The translations under genes were made by a program, and so were the position numbers. The notes beneath the pieces are model-generated. The model made no database searches and had not been told where the DNA came from. It saw only the letters and a list, made by a program, of their open reading frames with translations. A DNA stretch of 64,000 nucleotides from Leucoraja ocellata (taxonomy: Eukaryota): contig JAWMAR010000061.1 in assembly GCA_036785375.1 (NCBI GenBank), positions 9,052,001 to 9,116,000 of the forward strand, given 5' to 3'. Below, piece by piece: positions 1 to 12,659 of this stretch. Positions within the stretch are counted from its first letter, which is position 1. Every line of letters begins with the position of its first letter.

Positions 1-1129
1 CACATAAGGACACACTCACAGACACACACACACACTCACAAACACAGCCACACAGGGGTTACTTTCAGCTGACCTACTGTAGTGACATGACAAGGCAGTT
101 GTCAGTGCAATGACCGCCGCACACTTCTCTCTGCTCCCACTCCTAACGTAGAGACTGCGGGCTCTGGGACAAGAGCCAACAGGAATCATTTACCTTGAAC
201 ACAAGTCCACCAGTGACTTCACTGCAGCTTATCTGGATAACACTACCAACCTTGACCTTGACCAGCTCACCTCCATCCCTGCCACCCTACACACTATGCA
301 ACTGTGAAACAGCACTCATGAGAAGTTGCACGGGGCCTGATCCACTGCAGGACGTCACTTGGCAGAAACTGCAGCTTGGATATATGGAGATGAGAATCAC
401 TGACAACCACCCATCAGAGACAAGGGTTTGGCTTGTTCTCTGTTCCCCTGATGTCCCAAACAAAGTCAGTGAGGGATTTTCATCCGTCAAACCGTCTTTG
501 CTGTTCCAATCGTTCTCCAAATGAGGCTCCTGCTCTTGAATATTTTTCTACAAAACCGCTACCCATGAGACTTCCATTCATAGTTCCAATATTGGTTGGC
601 ATGGTAACTTTCCTCAGGGAGAAAGAATGTTCTCCTTCTGAACGATTGTCATGAATCCTCTCACTCAACAGACTGATCTTCAACCACTCCACCTTCTCAA
701 ACCTTGGATCTGTCTCCCAAAGCTCAACGTCTCTCCAAAAATATGCATCTCATTCCCTACTGAATCTCTTCAATCCCCGCCACATCAAAACAATCCCCAC
801 TGTTCTCTTCACTCAAACTCTCCATAAGATGAGGTCCTATATAGACCATCCCCATCACATTGCTCCTGCACTGACAGCCGTGGCTGAGCTACCAGTTCTG
901 AAACTTCCTCTTCCTTGATATAACCAGCCTGCAACCCTAATAAATACTGACTTTGGGCATAATTAACACCCCTTATGGAGATTTTTAATCTGCATTTTCT
1001 ATCCCATGCTGGTTTATGTTCTATGTTAATGTAGTTATTTGTACCAAAGGTATGTTAATTCTAAATATAAAATTTAAATGCATACTTTCCACATCAGTTG
1101 AGACATAATCTGAGCTGCATTAGTTATAG

Positions 1130-1495
1130 AGTTCAGACTCAGCTCTTCGGCCCAACTTGCCATGCCGACACTAGTCGCATTTGGCCCATAGTCCTCTAAA
1201 CCTTTCCTGTCCAAATGTGCTCAATGTTGTTACAGTACTTGCCTCAACTACCTCCTCTGGCAGCTTATTCCATACACCCACCGCAGTCTGTGTGAAAACG
1301 TTGCCTTTCCGGTTCCTATTAAATCCTTCCCCTCTCATCTTAAACCTGTGTCCACTGATTGTTGATTCACCTGGATAAAATACTGTGCATCTAACCTGTC
1401 TATTTCCCTTGTGATCTTATACACCTGCCCAGCCTCATCCTATCGTCCTGGCAAAGTTCTTGAAAATTGTCTTTGCACTCTTTCCAGCTTAACAA
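1130..1495 (-). mobile_element. Degenerate CR1/HER1-type LINE 3' fragment
   Basis: Antisense of the vertebrate CR1 3' region (tcaactacctcctctggcagcttattccatacacccacc...ttaaacctgtgtcc), homologous to the intact plus copy at 13286-13860; boundaries approximate. Confidence 0.7.
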
Positions 1496-1599
1496 CACTC
1501 ACATTGTACTCGTAATACAATGGAAATGTCACATTATCAGGGGCCCAGTGAACAGGGAGCACCATCTTATCAGAAGGGAAATGTTGAGGGAGTTCTGTG

Positions 1600-1716
1600 C
1601 TAGTGACGGGTCAGTGCTGAGAAAGTGTTGCACTATTGAAGGGCAATACTGAAGGAACACCACACTGTTGGAGGGGCAATACTGAGGGAACACCACACTG
1701 TTAGAGGGGCAGTGCA
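1600..1716 (+). repeat. Short degenerate tandem repeat (~33 bp, ggggcaatactgagggaacaccacactgttgga), resembling the Deu-SINE segment cagtactgagggagtgctgcactgt
   Basis: About three imperfect copies visible; similarity to the Deu domain is from recall. Confidence 0.55.
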
Positions 1717-3145
1717 TTGGAAACAATCTGAAGAACTTCACATTAATACACAGGGAGAACAGAGTAAAAACAGATCCAAAAGTGAGATAAATAAACTTGG
1801 AGGAGCTAGGGCTAGGTTTTGGACATGGGGGAATGCAGGGCAGACGATGGGCAGCTGGTAAGGAGGACCCTGAACAAACCAAGTGATAATACCAATGTGA
1901 AAGGCTGTGAGAGGGAGTTTCAAGTAGTGATTATACAATCTGGACTCATACATTGAAGGTCACAAGTGGTTTTGTTGACATTTTTAATTTATTAAGAGGA
2001 AAGATGATCTATTTCTATGACCGGGGAGTTTAGAACCAGGCAGCAAAATTGGAACAGAATCAGCTCTTGCAGGAGTACGGAAAGGAAACATCCCACACTC
2101 AGGGTGGCATGTCTAGTACTCACTATGCATCAGTAATTAATGCTAGGACAACTAGTAGATTTGTATCTGAGACTGATGGATTGTTGTTAACCAAAGTTGT
2201 TAAGAGATATGAGAAAATGCAGCAATGCGGTGTCACCAATCAGCAATCACGGCAAAGTGGCCTCCTCCTGTTTGTACTTGGCCATGTTGTAGAAATGAAG
2301 CAGGCAGTTGTTGAGAAACAAAGTGGAGGAGAGAGAGGAGATCCGCTGCTATTCTAATATGTACCTTGGTTTTATATTTCCATTTATCATAGTGACAGAT
2401 ACTAGTGGAGAACTTGGATAGTTGACCTCAATCAGCTGTTACAGCACAATATTAGCACTCCCTTTACTCTGCATTGACAATACTCCCCAACTAAAACCAA
2501 TGAAGACATCCCAGTGTCCAAATCATTTAATATCAGAAACATAAAATGACCCATCGCTGATCCTTGCAGAATACTGCTGGTCAGGCTTCCAGTCAGAGTA
2601 ACACCTCCCCACCACTGCTCTGTCTGTGTCTACCATGGGCACACCTACTTTGAATCCAATCTACAAAATTCCATGGATCCCATGTGTTTTATCTTCTGGA
2701 TCAGCATACCACGAGGAAGTTTGGCAAGAGCTTCACGAAAGTCTGATTATACAACATCCACTCCCGTCCCCTCATCAATCATCTTTGTCACCTCCTCAAA
2801 AAAGACTTGACTAACCACACACAACGCCATGCTGACTATCCCTAATGTCTATTCTTTTCCAAATATGAGTGCATCCTACCACTTCAAACTTTCTCCAATA
2901 ATCTCTCTTCCACTGATGCAAGGCTCACCAGCCTACAGCTTTCTGGGATGTCTCTACAGTCCTCCTTAAACGGAGGAACAACATTGCCATCATTCATCCT
3001 CTGGGATCTTGCCTGTGGCTAATGTAAAGATCTCTGGCAAGGCCCACCTCCCTCAATAACCTGAGATAAATACCATCAGGACCATGGGACTTCTCCACCT
3101 TAATGCTCTTTGTGACCCAACACCTCCTGCTTCTTGATATCAACG

Positions 3146-3893
3146 TCTTGGTTCTTGGTTTCTTGGTCCTCCAAAATATTCCAAATGCAATTTAAACTGG
3201 AGGTGGTGAAGGCAGGGCTTAAGCCAGAAAGGGTTATTGGGAAGAAAGAGCTACTTTAAATTTAGTTGGGTTGGGTAACTATAGTAGGGTGGAGATTATT
3301 CCATGCTTTAATTGTGCGGGGGAAGACCAAATTGCTGTACACATCTGTCTTTGTAGCTGAGATCACAAATTGGATCGAATGCCTTCGTCTGCTCCTAATT
3401 GGTTTGGGTTTGGTGTAGGTCTTGTAATCTATGTCGAGCTGACCATTTAACATTTTGTAAAAACAGGTCAAACAGTGAGCTTCACGTCTGTCTTGGAGAG
3501 GGTTCCACCCCAGAGAATTCAGAAGTTTGGTGACACTCGCTTCTCTCTCATAGGTGTTAGTAACAAATCGAGCTGCCTGTCTTTGGACACGTTCGATGGA
3601 AGAGATGTTTTTATTTGTGTATGGGTCCCATGCTGCAACTGCATAGTCCAAATGAGGTCTCACGAGGGTGAAGTAAAGCTTCTCCTTGACAGAAGTTGAA
3701 TGGTAAAAGTTGCGCCTCAGAAAGTTTAGGACACCTGTTGCTTTCACCGTTGCATGATGAGTCTGACCATTCCAACGCAGATCATTCTGCAATTTGATGC
3801 CAAGATACTTGGTTTGTTTGGATTCTTCAAAGGTGGCACCAAGTATATTGTAAGATGTTTTGCCTGGATTCCTCTTTCTGGTGACACGCATGG
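3146..3893 (-). mobile_element. Young 5'-truncated non-LTR retrotransposon (CR1 clade, invertebrate-like ORF2 C-terminus) with (AACCAAG)n-type tail
   Basis: Open 209-aa ORF 3262-3891 with KYLG, LVRPHLDY..WDPY, IERVQRQAARFV and FPRTIKAWNNL motifs; tail tcttggttcttggtttcttgg starts at 3146. Confidence 0.85.
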
Positions 3894-4287
3894 TCAGACT
3901 ACATCAGCATATTCCTGATCCACTGAGTTACTCCAGCATTGTGTTTTTAATAAACCAGCACCTGCAGTTCTTTATTGTCTACATGTGCCTGATGTCACTG
4001 TTGTTCACGTCCTTCTCCTTAGTGAATACCGAAGCAAAGTACATGTTTTATAACTCACCCAGTCCCTCTGCCTCCAGCTATAATTCCTCCCTTTACCCTT
4101 CAGCAGTCCTACCTTCTCCCTAGTTACACACATGTTTTTAATGTAGGTATAAAACGCTTTGGGATTCTCATTAATTGTACCCACCTTGGATATTTCCTCG
4201 ACCTGTTTAGGCCTAATTCCCTGTTTGAGTTCCCTCCCACTTTTTTTGTAAGGTCAGTCCGATTTTAGTTTACTAATCCTTGCGTGG

Positions 4288-4417
4288 ACTGAAGGGTCCT
4301 GACTCTGAAACGTCACCTATTCCTTTTCTCCAGAGATGCTGTCTCCAGTCGCTGAGTTATTCCAGCTTTTTGTGTCGATCTTTGGTTTAAACCAGCATCT
4401 GCAGTTCCTTCCTGTAC
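4288..4417 (+). mobile_element. Short insertion derived from a Penelope-like element end
   Basis: ctgaagggtcctgactctgaaacgtcacc...gctgagttattccagc...accagcatctgcagttcc; flanked by an 11-bp near-direct repeat atccttgc(g/a)tg (4276-4286 / 4418-4428). Confidence 0.75.
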
Positions 4418-6044
4418 ATCCTTGCATGTGCTTTCTTTTTCTTTTTGACTAAATTTGCAACATCACTTGTCACCCAGGGTTCCTGATCTTTATCATCACT
4501 GCATCGTAATGACCTCAGCATCAGAATTGCTTTGTAGAATGTTTTTCATTACGCTATTTTTGCTGCAATTCCAGTTCCAGATAAGACATTCTCCACTCCG
4601 CGTCTTCCCTGATACAATACCAACCCCAAGCTGACAGTATCCATGACAGATTTCCCCAGGGCACCTCCACCACTGCGGGCCACAGTAAACCTCTCCTATC
4701 TGGGAACTGCTCTGCCTTTCGTCTTTCAGTAGCAGTGACATTGCATCGTGTGGAGAAATCCACTCCGCATATTCCCGGCAACCCTTAGAAAACAGACCAG
4801 GCGAGGCGAGAGGTAGTTTCATGTCTGCACACAAATTACTTCTAAAAGACACACTCCAGGATTTGAATGTTTCTGCGCTGGGAGCTCCGGGGGGAATTAA
4901 TCAGCAACATATTAGACACCTTGTGGAGCCTGGCACCGAACGGAAATCCTTCAGTGTGAGTGAGATGAGGCTGCTTCCCCAAGTGGGCTCCTGACAAGGC
5001 ACATTTCCCCGGGACCTGTTACACCCAATACCCCGGGGACTCCACTTCCCACTGGCCTGCCCACTACAGCCCAGGTTGCAATGGAGCCGGCAATGCAGGA
5101 AACAGAGGCTCCGCATTTACAGTGGGGGTTACTGTGTGTGGGTGTGTGGCAGGAGCCCCTCTCACTCCTAACCCCTTCCCACTCTCATCCCCACTCACAC
5201 CTACCCCTTACTCACTCTCCCCCCTCCCATCCCCTTCTCCCTCTCACCCCCATTCCCTCTCCCTCTTACCCCTCTCTCCCTTTCACTTCTACCCCTGCTG
5301 AGTTCATCCAGCACTTTGTCTTTTTTAGTAAACAAGCATCTGCGGTTCCTTGTGTCTACCAATAATAAACTGACTCTGTGAGTCCAGCAGCATCTATGGA
5401 GGCATGGGGATAGTTGACATTTTGAGCTGAGTCCTTGCATCAGGACACCAAATATTGATTATCTAGTAATTTGACAAATTAACAAAATGTCTTTGTTTTA
5501 TTGTGGGAGAACAGAATACAAAAGTACAGGAAGTTCTGCTACCTTGCCCATTTCCAGAGTCAAAGAAGAGTCTTGACCTGTCCGTTCCCTCCACAGATGG
5601 TGCCTGTCCTGAGTTACTTCAGCACTTTGTGTTTTACTTAGACAGGTTGTGGAAGATGGGAAGGCCAGGCAGGGCCAGAGGGGTGGGGCGGCACGCTGCT
5701 GCTGCTGCTAATTCAGGTGCTTGGTCACATGTATTTTTAATGGCAGAAGCGTGTGTTGGATGTTGTTTATGAGTATGTGACTCTTTTGTGTGTTCTTTCT
5801 TCTCACCCTTTCCCAGCCTCTGTACTCGCTTAAAACCTGCTAAACCTGTTACTTCTCTAAACATTTCCCATTCTGTTGGAAACTCATGGAAGAGGAATGC
5901 TTTTCTCATCAGAGACAGTACCTGATGTACTGGGTATTTCCAATGTTTTTTATTCCATATTTCCAGCATCCACTGGATTTTTACTTTATTTTTGTTTATT
6001 GTTCTGACACTGACCTCACCCACTCTGTGATGCACCGTACATTT

Positions 6045-6069
6045 GGGTTAGGGTTAGGGTTAGGGTTAG
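6045..6069 (+). repeat. Interstitial telomeric repeat (GGGTTA)4
   Basis: gggttagggttagggttagggttag read directly. Confidence 0.9.
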
Positions 6070-6499
6070 TCATAGTCCACTCCTGCAACTGTGGCTGCCG
6101 CAATCCCACAGGATTTCACCCCCTCCAACATTCAGAAAGCACATTAAACAGGCAGTGATTAAAGTACACCCGACTAATTGTCGGGAAGCTGATCCAAGAG
6201 TGTAAAACAATCTCATCTAGGCTACCAGATTATGTATTTCTGATGCTGGAGCTTTTCACAGTTCACAGTTGAAAGGAAATGGATGGAAACGTTTCACTGT
6301 TCCACTGCTGTGAAATGTGACTGGCTGCAATCCTCTTTCCAAGTTGAGAGAATGACCTCAGATGGTCGTCTCGTCTGTGTATCTCAAACTGTGCGAGGTG
6401 TTGAACTCAACTTGTTCCTACTCACGCTCATACTATGCTCAGCAATGGTTCAATGATGCTTGCACAATGGCACATGTGCACACACGCATACATGCATGG

Positions 6500-6624
6500 A
6501 CCTCATGGTGGCACAGTGGCACAACTGGTAGAGCTGCTGCTCCCAGCACAAGACCGCCGTTAAATTCTGACCTGGGGGCTGGCAACATGCTTTGCATATT
6601 TTCCCTGAGGTCTCATGGGTTTCC
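6500..6624 (+). mobile_element. Truncated, degenerate tRNA-derived V-SINE (HE1-like) 5' part
   Basis: ggcacagtggcacaactggtagagctgctgc (A-box-like head) followed by tttgcatattttccctg...atgggtttcct; similar to the copy at 10860. Confidence 0.6.
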
Positions 6625-6631
6625 TCACCAA

Positions 6632-7363
6632 GGTCTCACCAAGACCCTGTACAACTGCAGTAGAACTTCCCTGCTCCTATACTCAAATCCTTTTGCTATG
6701 AATGCTAACATACCATTCGCCTTCTTCACTGCCTGCTGCACCTGCATGCCTACTTTTAATGACTGGTGTACCATGACACCCAGGTCTCGTTGCATCTCCC
6801 CCTTTCCTAATCGGCCACCATTCAGATAATAGTCTACTTTCCTGTTTTTGCCACCAAAGTGGATAACCTCACATTTATCCACATTATACTGCATCTGCCA
6901 TGCATTTGCCCACTCACCCAACCTATCCAAGTCACCTTGCAGCCTCCTAGCATCCTCCTCACAGCTAACACTGCCCCCCAGCTTCGTGTCATCCGCAAAC
7001 TTGGAGATGTTGCATTCAATTCCCTCGTCCAAATCATTAATATATATCGTAAATAGCTGGGGTCCCAGAACTGAGCCTTGCGGTACCCCACTAGTCACTG
7101 CCTGCCATTCTGAAAAGGACCCGTTTACTCCTACTCTTTGTTTCCTGTCTGCCAGCCAGTTCTCTATCCACATCAATACTGAACCCCCAATACCGCGTGC
7201 TTTAAGTTTGTATACTAATCTCTTATGTGGGACCTTGTCGAAAGCCTTCTGAAAGTCCAGATATACCACTTCCACTGGTTCTCCCTTATCCACACGACTA
7301 GTTACATCCTCGAAAAATTCTATAAGATTTGTCAGACATGATTTACCTTTCATAAATCCATGC
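6632..7363 (-). mobile_element. Young CR1/HER1 LINE internal fragment (reverse transcriptase domain)
   Basis: 242-aa ORF with YLDFQKAFDKVPH, SGVPQGSVLGPQLF and KFADDTKL RT motifs; truncated at both ends. Confidence 0.95.
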
Positions 7364-8053
7364 TAGAGGCTGATTGTTGGCATTGAGGCATCTGAAAGAA
7401 GTGGAGTTCAGCACACATACATCTCACCAGCAACTCTACCACTCACCACTCTCACTCACTCATGCACAAATGCACTCTGCAGACTGCCGAGTGAGGACGT
7501 AAACAAACACACAAAACATCACCACACAAGCAGCTCAAATGTATATGCGTAAATCCATACATATCATACTCAATATCATACACGACTGCACTGCACTTGG
7601 CAGTAAAAATGTACTAATTCCATTATTCAACAACAGAAAGAGACAAATGACAGGAGTGGTTCATAATTGCATCATTAAGAATGCCACTAACATGCTGAAG
7701 GGTCACCAAGAGCTTGACAGTTTATAGGTAATCACTGGGAGAATTTACTGTTCAAATGTAAGAGCTTGTGTTAGCAATGTGTGACTAAGCCATTCACAGC
7801 ATAAATCCCTGATCCAATTCCCAGTCATGCTTATTATGTGATCCATAGTGGGGTACAATTAAACATGCTACAATTTGTGGGCACAGGAGACTGTAGATGC
7901 TGGAACATGGAGCAAAAAGCAAACTGCTGGAGGAACTCAGGGGGTTAGGGGAGGGATAGTTGGTGTGTGTGTGTTTGTAGATGGTGTGTGAGATTGAGTG
8001 TGTGCAGGTGGACGTTTGCATAGATGTGCGTTTGTAGATAGTGTGTATAGGTG

Positions 8054-8408
8054 NNNNNNNNNNNNNNNNNNNNNNNNNNNNNNNNNNNNNNNNNNNNNNN
8101 NNNNNNNNNNNNNNNNNNNNNNNNNNNNNNNNNNNNNNNNNNNNNNNNNNNNNNNNNNNNNNNNNNNNNNNNNNNNNNNNNNNNNNNNNNNNNNNNNNNN
8201 NNNNNNNNNNNNNNNNNNNNNNNNNNNNNNNNNNNNNNNNNNNNNNNNNNNNNNNNNNNNNNNNNNNNNNNNNNNNNNNNNNNNNNNNNNNNNNNNNNNN
8301 NNNNNNNNNNNNNNNNNNNNNNNNNNNNNNNNNNNNNNNNNNNNNNNNNNNNNNNNNNNNNNNNNNNNNNNNNNNNNNNNNNNNNNNNNNNNNNNNNNNN
8401 NNNNNNNN
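8054..8408. other. Assembly gap (N run) flanked by GT-rich simple repeat
   Basis: Run of n. Confidence 1.
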
Positions 8409-8999
8409 GGTAGTGTGTATTGTTAATGAATAAACATGAGGTATCGCCCGGCTGCTACTTCACAAGGCATTAATTCAATCTAGCCATTGGGACAACATCG
8501 CAAACTGCAGGAGTTGTAGCAGAGATTGAATTATAGTTTCTGCATATACTTTGCTTTATACACAAAATAATGGGCAGCTAGCTGTATAAAGATCATTTCA
8601 TTCGCTTAAACAATTATTCTGGCTGACATTTTGAGATTATAGTACAGGATGGAAATGTTAGATAAAGGTCTGGACTCTAACAATACAGATTCAATTACTT
8701 TTGCCCCAACGGCTCCATCTGTGAAACCTCCACGACGGGACAGAGGTTATGCTGGTCAAGAAGGTGATACATGTCACAGCACACTAATGTTTCTGTATGA
8801 AGGTAGGGATATGGTCACTCTATGTAACACTAATTCCCATCTTACAATAACTGAGAGAAGGTTTAGCAACTGGGACTTTGACAATATGCCCAGTGATACA
8901 GTTGTAGGCTATTGCTTCCCAAACATGTTGTGCAGAGGTATAGGTATGTATTTGCACTGCAGACAGCAGTTTCAGTTATAATAATCTCAATACAACATT

Positions 9000-10290
9000 T
9001 AAGAAATTAAACAAAATTATTGGTGATCAATCTTTAAGTTTAATTAAACACCATTCAGCATGACTGTTCCGCCCTTAGTTGTTGGGAAGATGAGTTGCTA
9101 ACTGTCGGAGGGGAATTTTGGAACATGATATTAAAGATTTTAAAGCAAAAAAATCACGTTTGACTAGTTTATGGAGTTCTTGGTGTAGTGAATAAAGGGA
9201 AACTAGTGAATGTACTCGACTTAGATTTCCGGAAGCCATTTGTCCAGGTGTTGCATTAAAGCTTGTTGCAGATAATAAAACCTAAGGAACAATATGCTGG
9301 CATGAAGAAAACAGATGGGCATAAATGGCCCTTTTCTGGTCACCATGGTGCAGTGAAAGTGCTGGGGCCTCAACACTTCACAACATATAAAGGCACCAAC
9401 GGTATGGTTGATCAATCTGTTCTTGATACAAAAAAAACGTTATGATGAGGAAATAAGGAGGCTATAAAAATATATAGAGCGGTAAGTGTATGGTTAAAAC
9501 AACTTGCAATGGAGCATAATATGCAAAAATGTGAAATTTGTCATAAAACAAAATTAAAAAGCATATTTTCCAAATGACATGGGATTACTGAGTTCTGATG
9601 CAAATGGGAACTGGGTGTCTGCATGATCTGCAAAAGGTTATCGAGCAAGTAAAGCAAGTAATTAGGAAATCTAACAGCATGTTATCATTTATTGCCAGGA
9701 GAATTGAATTCAAAAGTGAGCAGGTATGGCTTTCGTTATAGAGGGCATTGGTGAACCCACATCTAGAGTTGTATGCAGAGGGTTGGTCTCTTCATTCAAG
9801 GAAGAATGTTAATATGTTGGAAGCAGTTCAGAGAAGGTAACTGGGAGAATAGATAAGGAAAAACAGTCAATGTGGCCCGCTTACATTTACAGAAAGCATT
9901 TGATAAGCAGCCACATGAAAGATTAGTGTGTGAAATTAAAATGCTCAGCACTGAGTGATTCACTGGTGTGGACTGTCTACTGGGTGGCAGGCAGGGAACA
10001 GAGGAGGAGGAAATGGATGTTTGAGAGAGGACATCACTAGTGGGTGGAGTGCTGCACGGATGCCCCAGCTATTCATAACGTACAATAATTAGGATGAAGG
10101 AAAAGGCCACAAGTTTATCAATGACATGAAACGGGTGGGATTGTGAAATGAGCGGTGAAAACAGGCTTCAGGGCAGCAGACATTGAGGGAGAGGGCAAAA
10201 GTTTAGTGCGTTCAGTATACATGTGAAGATATCCCCTCTGGGACGGAGCAGAGAAAGCCAATAGTTGGATTGGAATAAGGTGTTGTTCAA
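9000..10290 (+). mobile_element. Old decayed CR1 LINE RT fragments (two adjacent relics)
   Basis: Frameshifted remnants of CLTNL.EFFE, LDF.KAF.KV and ALV.PHLE..VQ motifs (ggcattggtgaacccacatctagag, gcagttcagagaagg). Confidence 0.65.
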
Positions 10291-10859
10291 AACACACTGC
10301 AATATCAGGATATCTCAAAGTCCTTTACAGCCAGTGAGGTACTTATTAAAGTACCGGCACAGTTATAATATAACAACCATACTTGGACCATGCTAATATG
10401 CCAAGTGCAGATTTCTGAGAGTATTTTTGATTCTCCATTCTGAATACCCAGAGGCACAGAGACCCAGTACTTTAGATAAGGCTCCCAGTTGGATTGCATG
10501 CTGAATGGGTGCTGAGAACCTGGAACAGTGCCCATTGCTCCCTGTTGCTGCACACTGCTGTACCAGGCATCTAGCACCAGAAACCTCCTGCAAATACCCC
10601 CCACCAATGCTCCCCCGATAACAAACTACCCACGGCTGCCTGCGACAGCTCCACGGGCAATTCACTGCTAGTTCATGCCAGGTCCCAGAACAGCAGTGCT
10701 GTCAGTAACACGTTTCTCTGTGTATTCCACCTTGTGTTGATTCCATTAGCCCTCTTGTTCCTGGCAATACATCCTGTGCACGAAGTGAGGTATTAGTGTG
10801 CAGTAACGTAGCAATCAGTTTAATACAGAATTACTGTAATGTTAGTGCATAAAAGCAAA

Positions 10860-11150
10860 GGCAGAGCGGTAGAGTTACTGCCTTATAGCACCAGAGACCC
10901 AGGTTCGATCCCGACTATGGGTGCTGGCTGTAGAGTTTGTATGTTCTCCCTGTGACCATGTGGGCTTTCTCCAGGTGCTCTGGTTTCTTCCACAATCCAA
11001 AGACGTACAGGTTTATAGATTAATTGGCTTTGGTAAAATTGTAAATTGTCCATAGTGGTAGGGTAGTGTTAGTGTATGGTGTGATCGCTAGTCTGCACAG
11101 ACTCGATGGGCCGAAGGGCCTGTTTCCACTCTGTATCTCTAAAGTCTAAA
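10860..11150 (+). mobile_element. HE1-type tRNA-derived V-SINE, near full length
   Basis: A-box-like gcggtagag and B-box ggttcgatccc; V-domain-like core gagtttgtatgttctccctgtgacc...ggtttcttccaca; LINE-like tail gggccgaagggcctgtttccactctgtatctctaaagtctaaa. Confidence 0.85.
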
Positions 11151-11589
11151 GCAACCAGTATTACTATAAGGATTACTGAAATGTAGGAGCTAATGTAGCA
11201 AAGTAATTTAAGGTGGATCATTGTAACGCAGTTGTAGTAAGAATTACATTAATGTCATGCAGAATTATTGTGAGAATTTCTGTCATTTAGAAGCCAACAT
11301 AAGGGATGCTGTAATGCAAGAACCAGAGTGAGCTGTCACATGTAATGGCAGAGCCAGCCAGTGTAAAGCAGAGTTCACTAATGTAGGAACAGGTGGACAG
11401 TTACTGGGATACCTCATCTTTAGCGCTCGTTCATTCTTTATCTCTTTGGTTACCAGGCAACAGAACATCATGTCCCATTGACACAGTGGAAGCAGCGCTG
11501 TCAGTAATTAAGATACACTGTGGGTGATAGGTTGTTTGAAGAGCTGATGGGTCAGTGACTCTGGGCTCATCAACATTCTGGCAGGACCA

Positions 11590-12175
11590 TCGCACGACAC
11601 TAAGGCCAAGAAAACACACCAACACTTCGACTTCCTCCGAAGACTAAGGAAGTTTGTCCAGTCTCACTCTTACCAACTTCTACTGATGCATCTTATCAGT
11701 TTGCATCACAACCTGGTTTGGCAACAGCTCTGCTCAAGACCACAAGAAAATGGACGCAGCCCAGTACCTCAACCCCCACCATCGACTCCATCTACACCAC
11801 GCTGCCTTGGGAAAGCAGCCAACATAATCAAAGACCACTCACACCCAGGTCATTACCTCTTCTCCCCTCCCATGTCAGGCAGAAGATACAACAGCTTGAA
11901 AGATTCAAAAACAGCTTTTTTCCACACACTTCAATATCCCTCTCTCAAGCAAAGCATTTATTCCCCTCTCCCCGCATCCTCCAAGCTACCCCATTGTCAT
12001 CCTTGCACTTTCTAATCAGCATTTTATCTGCAGCTGTAACACTGTATTATGCACTTTGTTTACTTTCTCTTGGCATTACCTGATGGGCTCCTGTTTCATG
12101 TTGATTCTAATCATACACGGATTTTTTTTACCAGAATAATATACAAAATATCTCAGTGTAAGACAATAAGTCAAT
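11590..12175 (+). mobile_element. Degenerate Rex1/Babar LINE 3' part
   Basis: Remnants of FLRRLRKF, RCLGKAANIIKDHSHPGH.LFS..SGRRY and RFKNSFFP in ORFs 11686-12015 and 11718-12083. Confidence 0.75.
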
Positions 12176-12659
12176 GATATTGATCACAAACAGCCACACC
12201 AATAGCAAGCATTTGCACAACACTTTCCTTGTTTCCCTTCACCTTCCCAACCTGCTAGCTCTCGCTGGCGAGCTCTGCTCAAGAGGTCCACCTTCAGGTG
12301 TGTGATCCAGGTGGCTGCTCTTCATTGTGGCATGTGGACTGGCAGCAGGTTATTCAAGCTTACAGTATCACAGCTGACCAGAGAACGGGGAGCAGCCGTT
12401 CTGCCCTCAAGCCTGTTTTGCCCTTCAATCTGGATCGCAGCTGATCTGTGTCTTAACTTCATCCACGTCCTGGTTTCTATAATCCTGCATACTGTTATCC
12501 AACAACACTCGATCAAATATACAATTTACTGCAAACAGTGGCTCTGGGCTCTGACGGCCTGGATTCACACGGAGTATTTCTACACAGCCTAGTTCTAATT
12601 TCTGGCTCTCTCCTCAGTGGAGGAGATGTGTTTTCTACCCATTCAATCTACTCCTTTAG

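Larger units (their letters stand above)
2530..4500 (-). mobile_element. Old, decayed CR1 LINE (RT region), interrupted by younger insertions at 3146-3893, ~3915-3985 and 4288-4417
   Basis: Antisense CR1 RT-like sequence (gccatgctgactatccctaat, ataccatcaggaccatgggactt) resumes after the nested elements. Confidence 0.6.

Noticed and set aside
188-290. Good minus-strand donor (AAG|gtaaat) with a short open frame, as possible NEO1 exon 3
   Set aside because: Translation has no similarity to neogenin Ig2, and the open frame is short and phase 0
4496-4852. 118-aa minus-strand ORF with Cys/Trp residues as a possible Ig exon
   Set aside because: No Ig consensus spacing or neogenin similarity in any of the three frames
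7998-8433. Long ORFs spanning N runs (also 30570-30924 and 50264-50742)
   Set aside because: Artefacts of translating assembly gaps
10860-10935. tRNA-like A/B boxes as a tRNA gene
   Set aside because: Head of a V-SINE; continues into the SINE core and LINE-like tail, with no full cloverleaf
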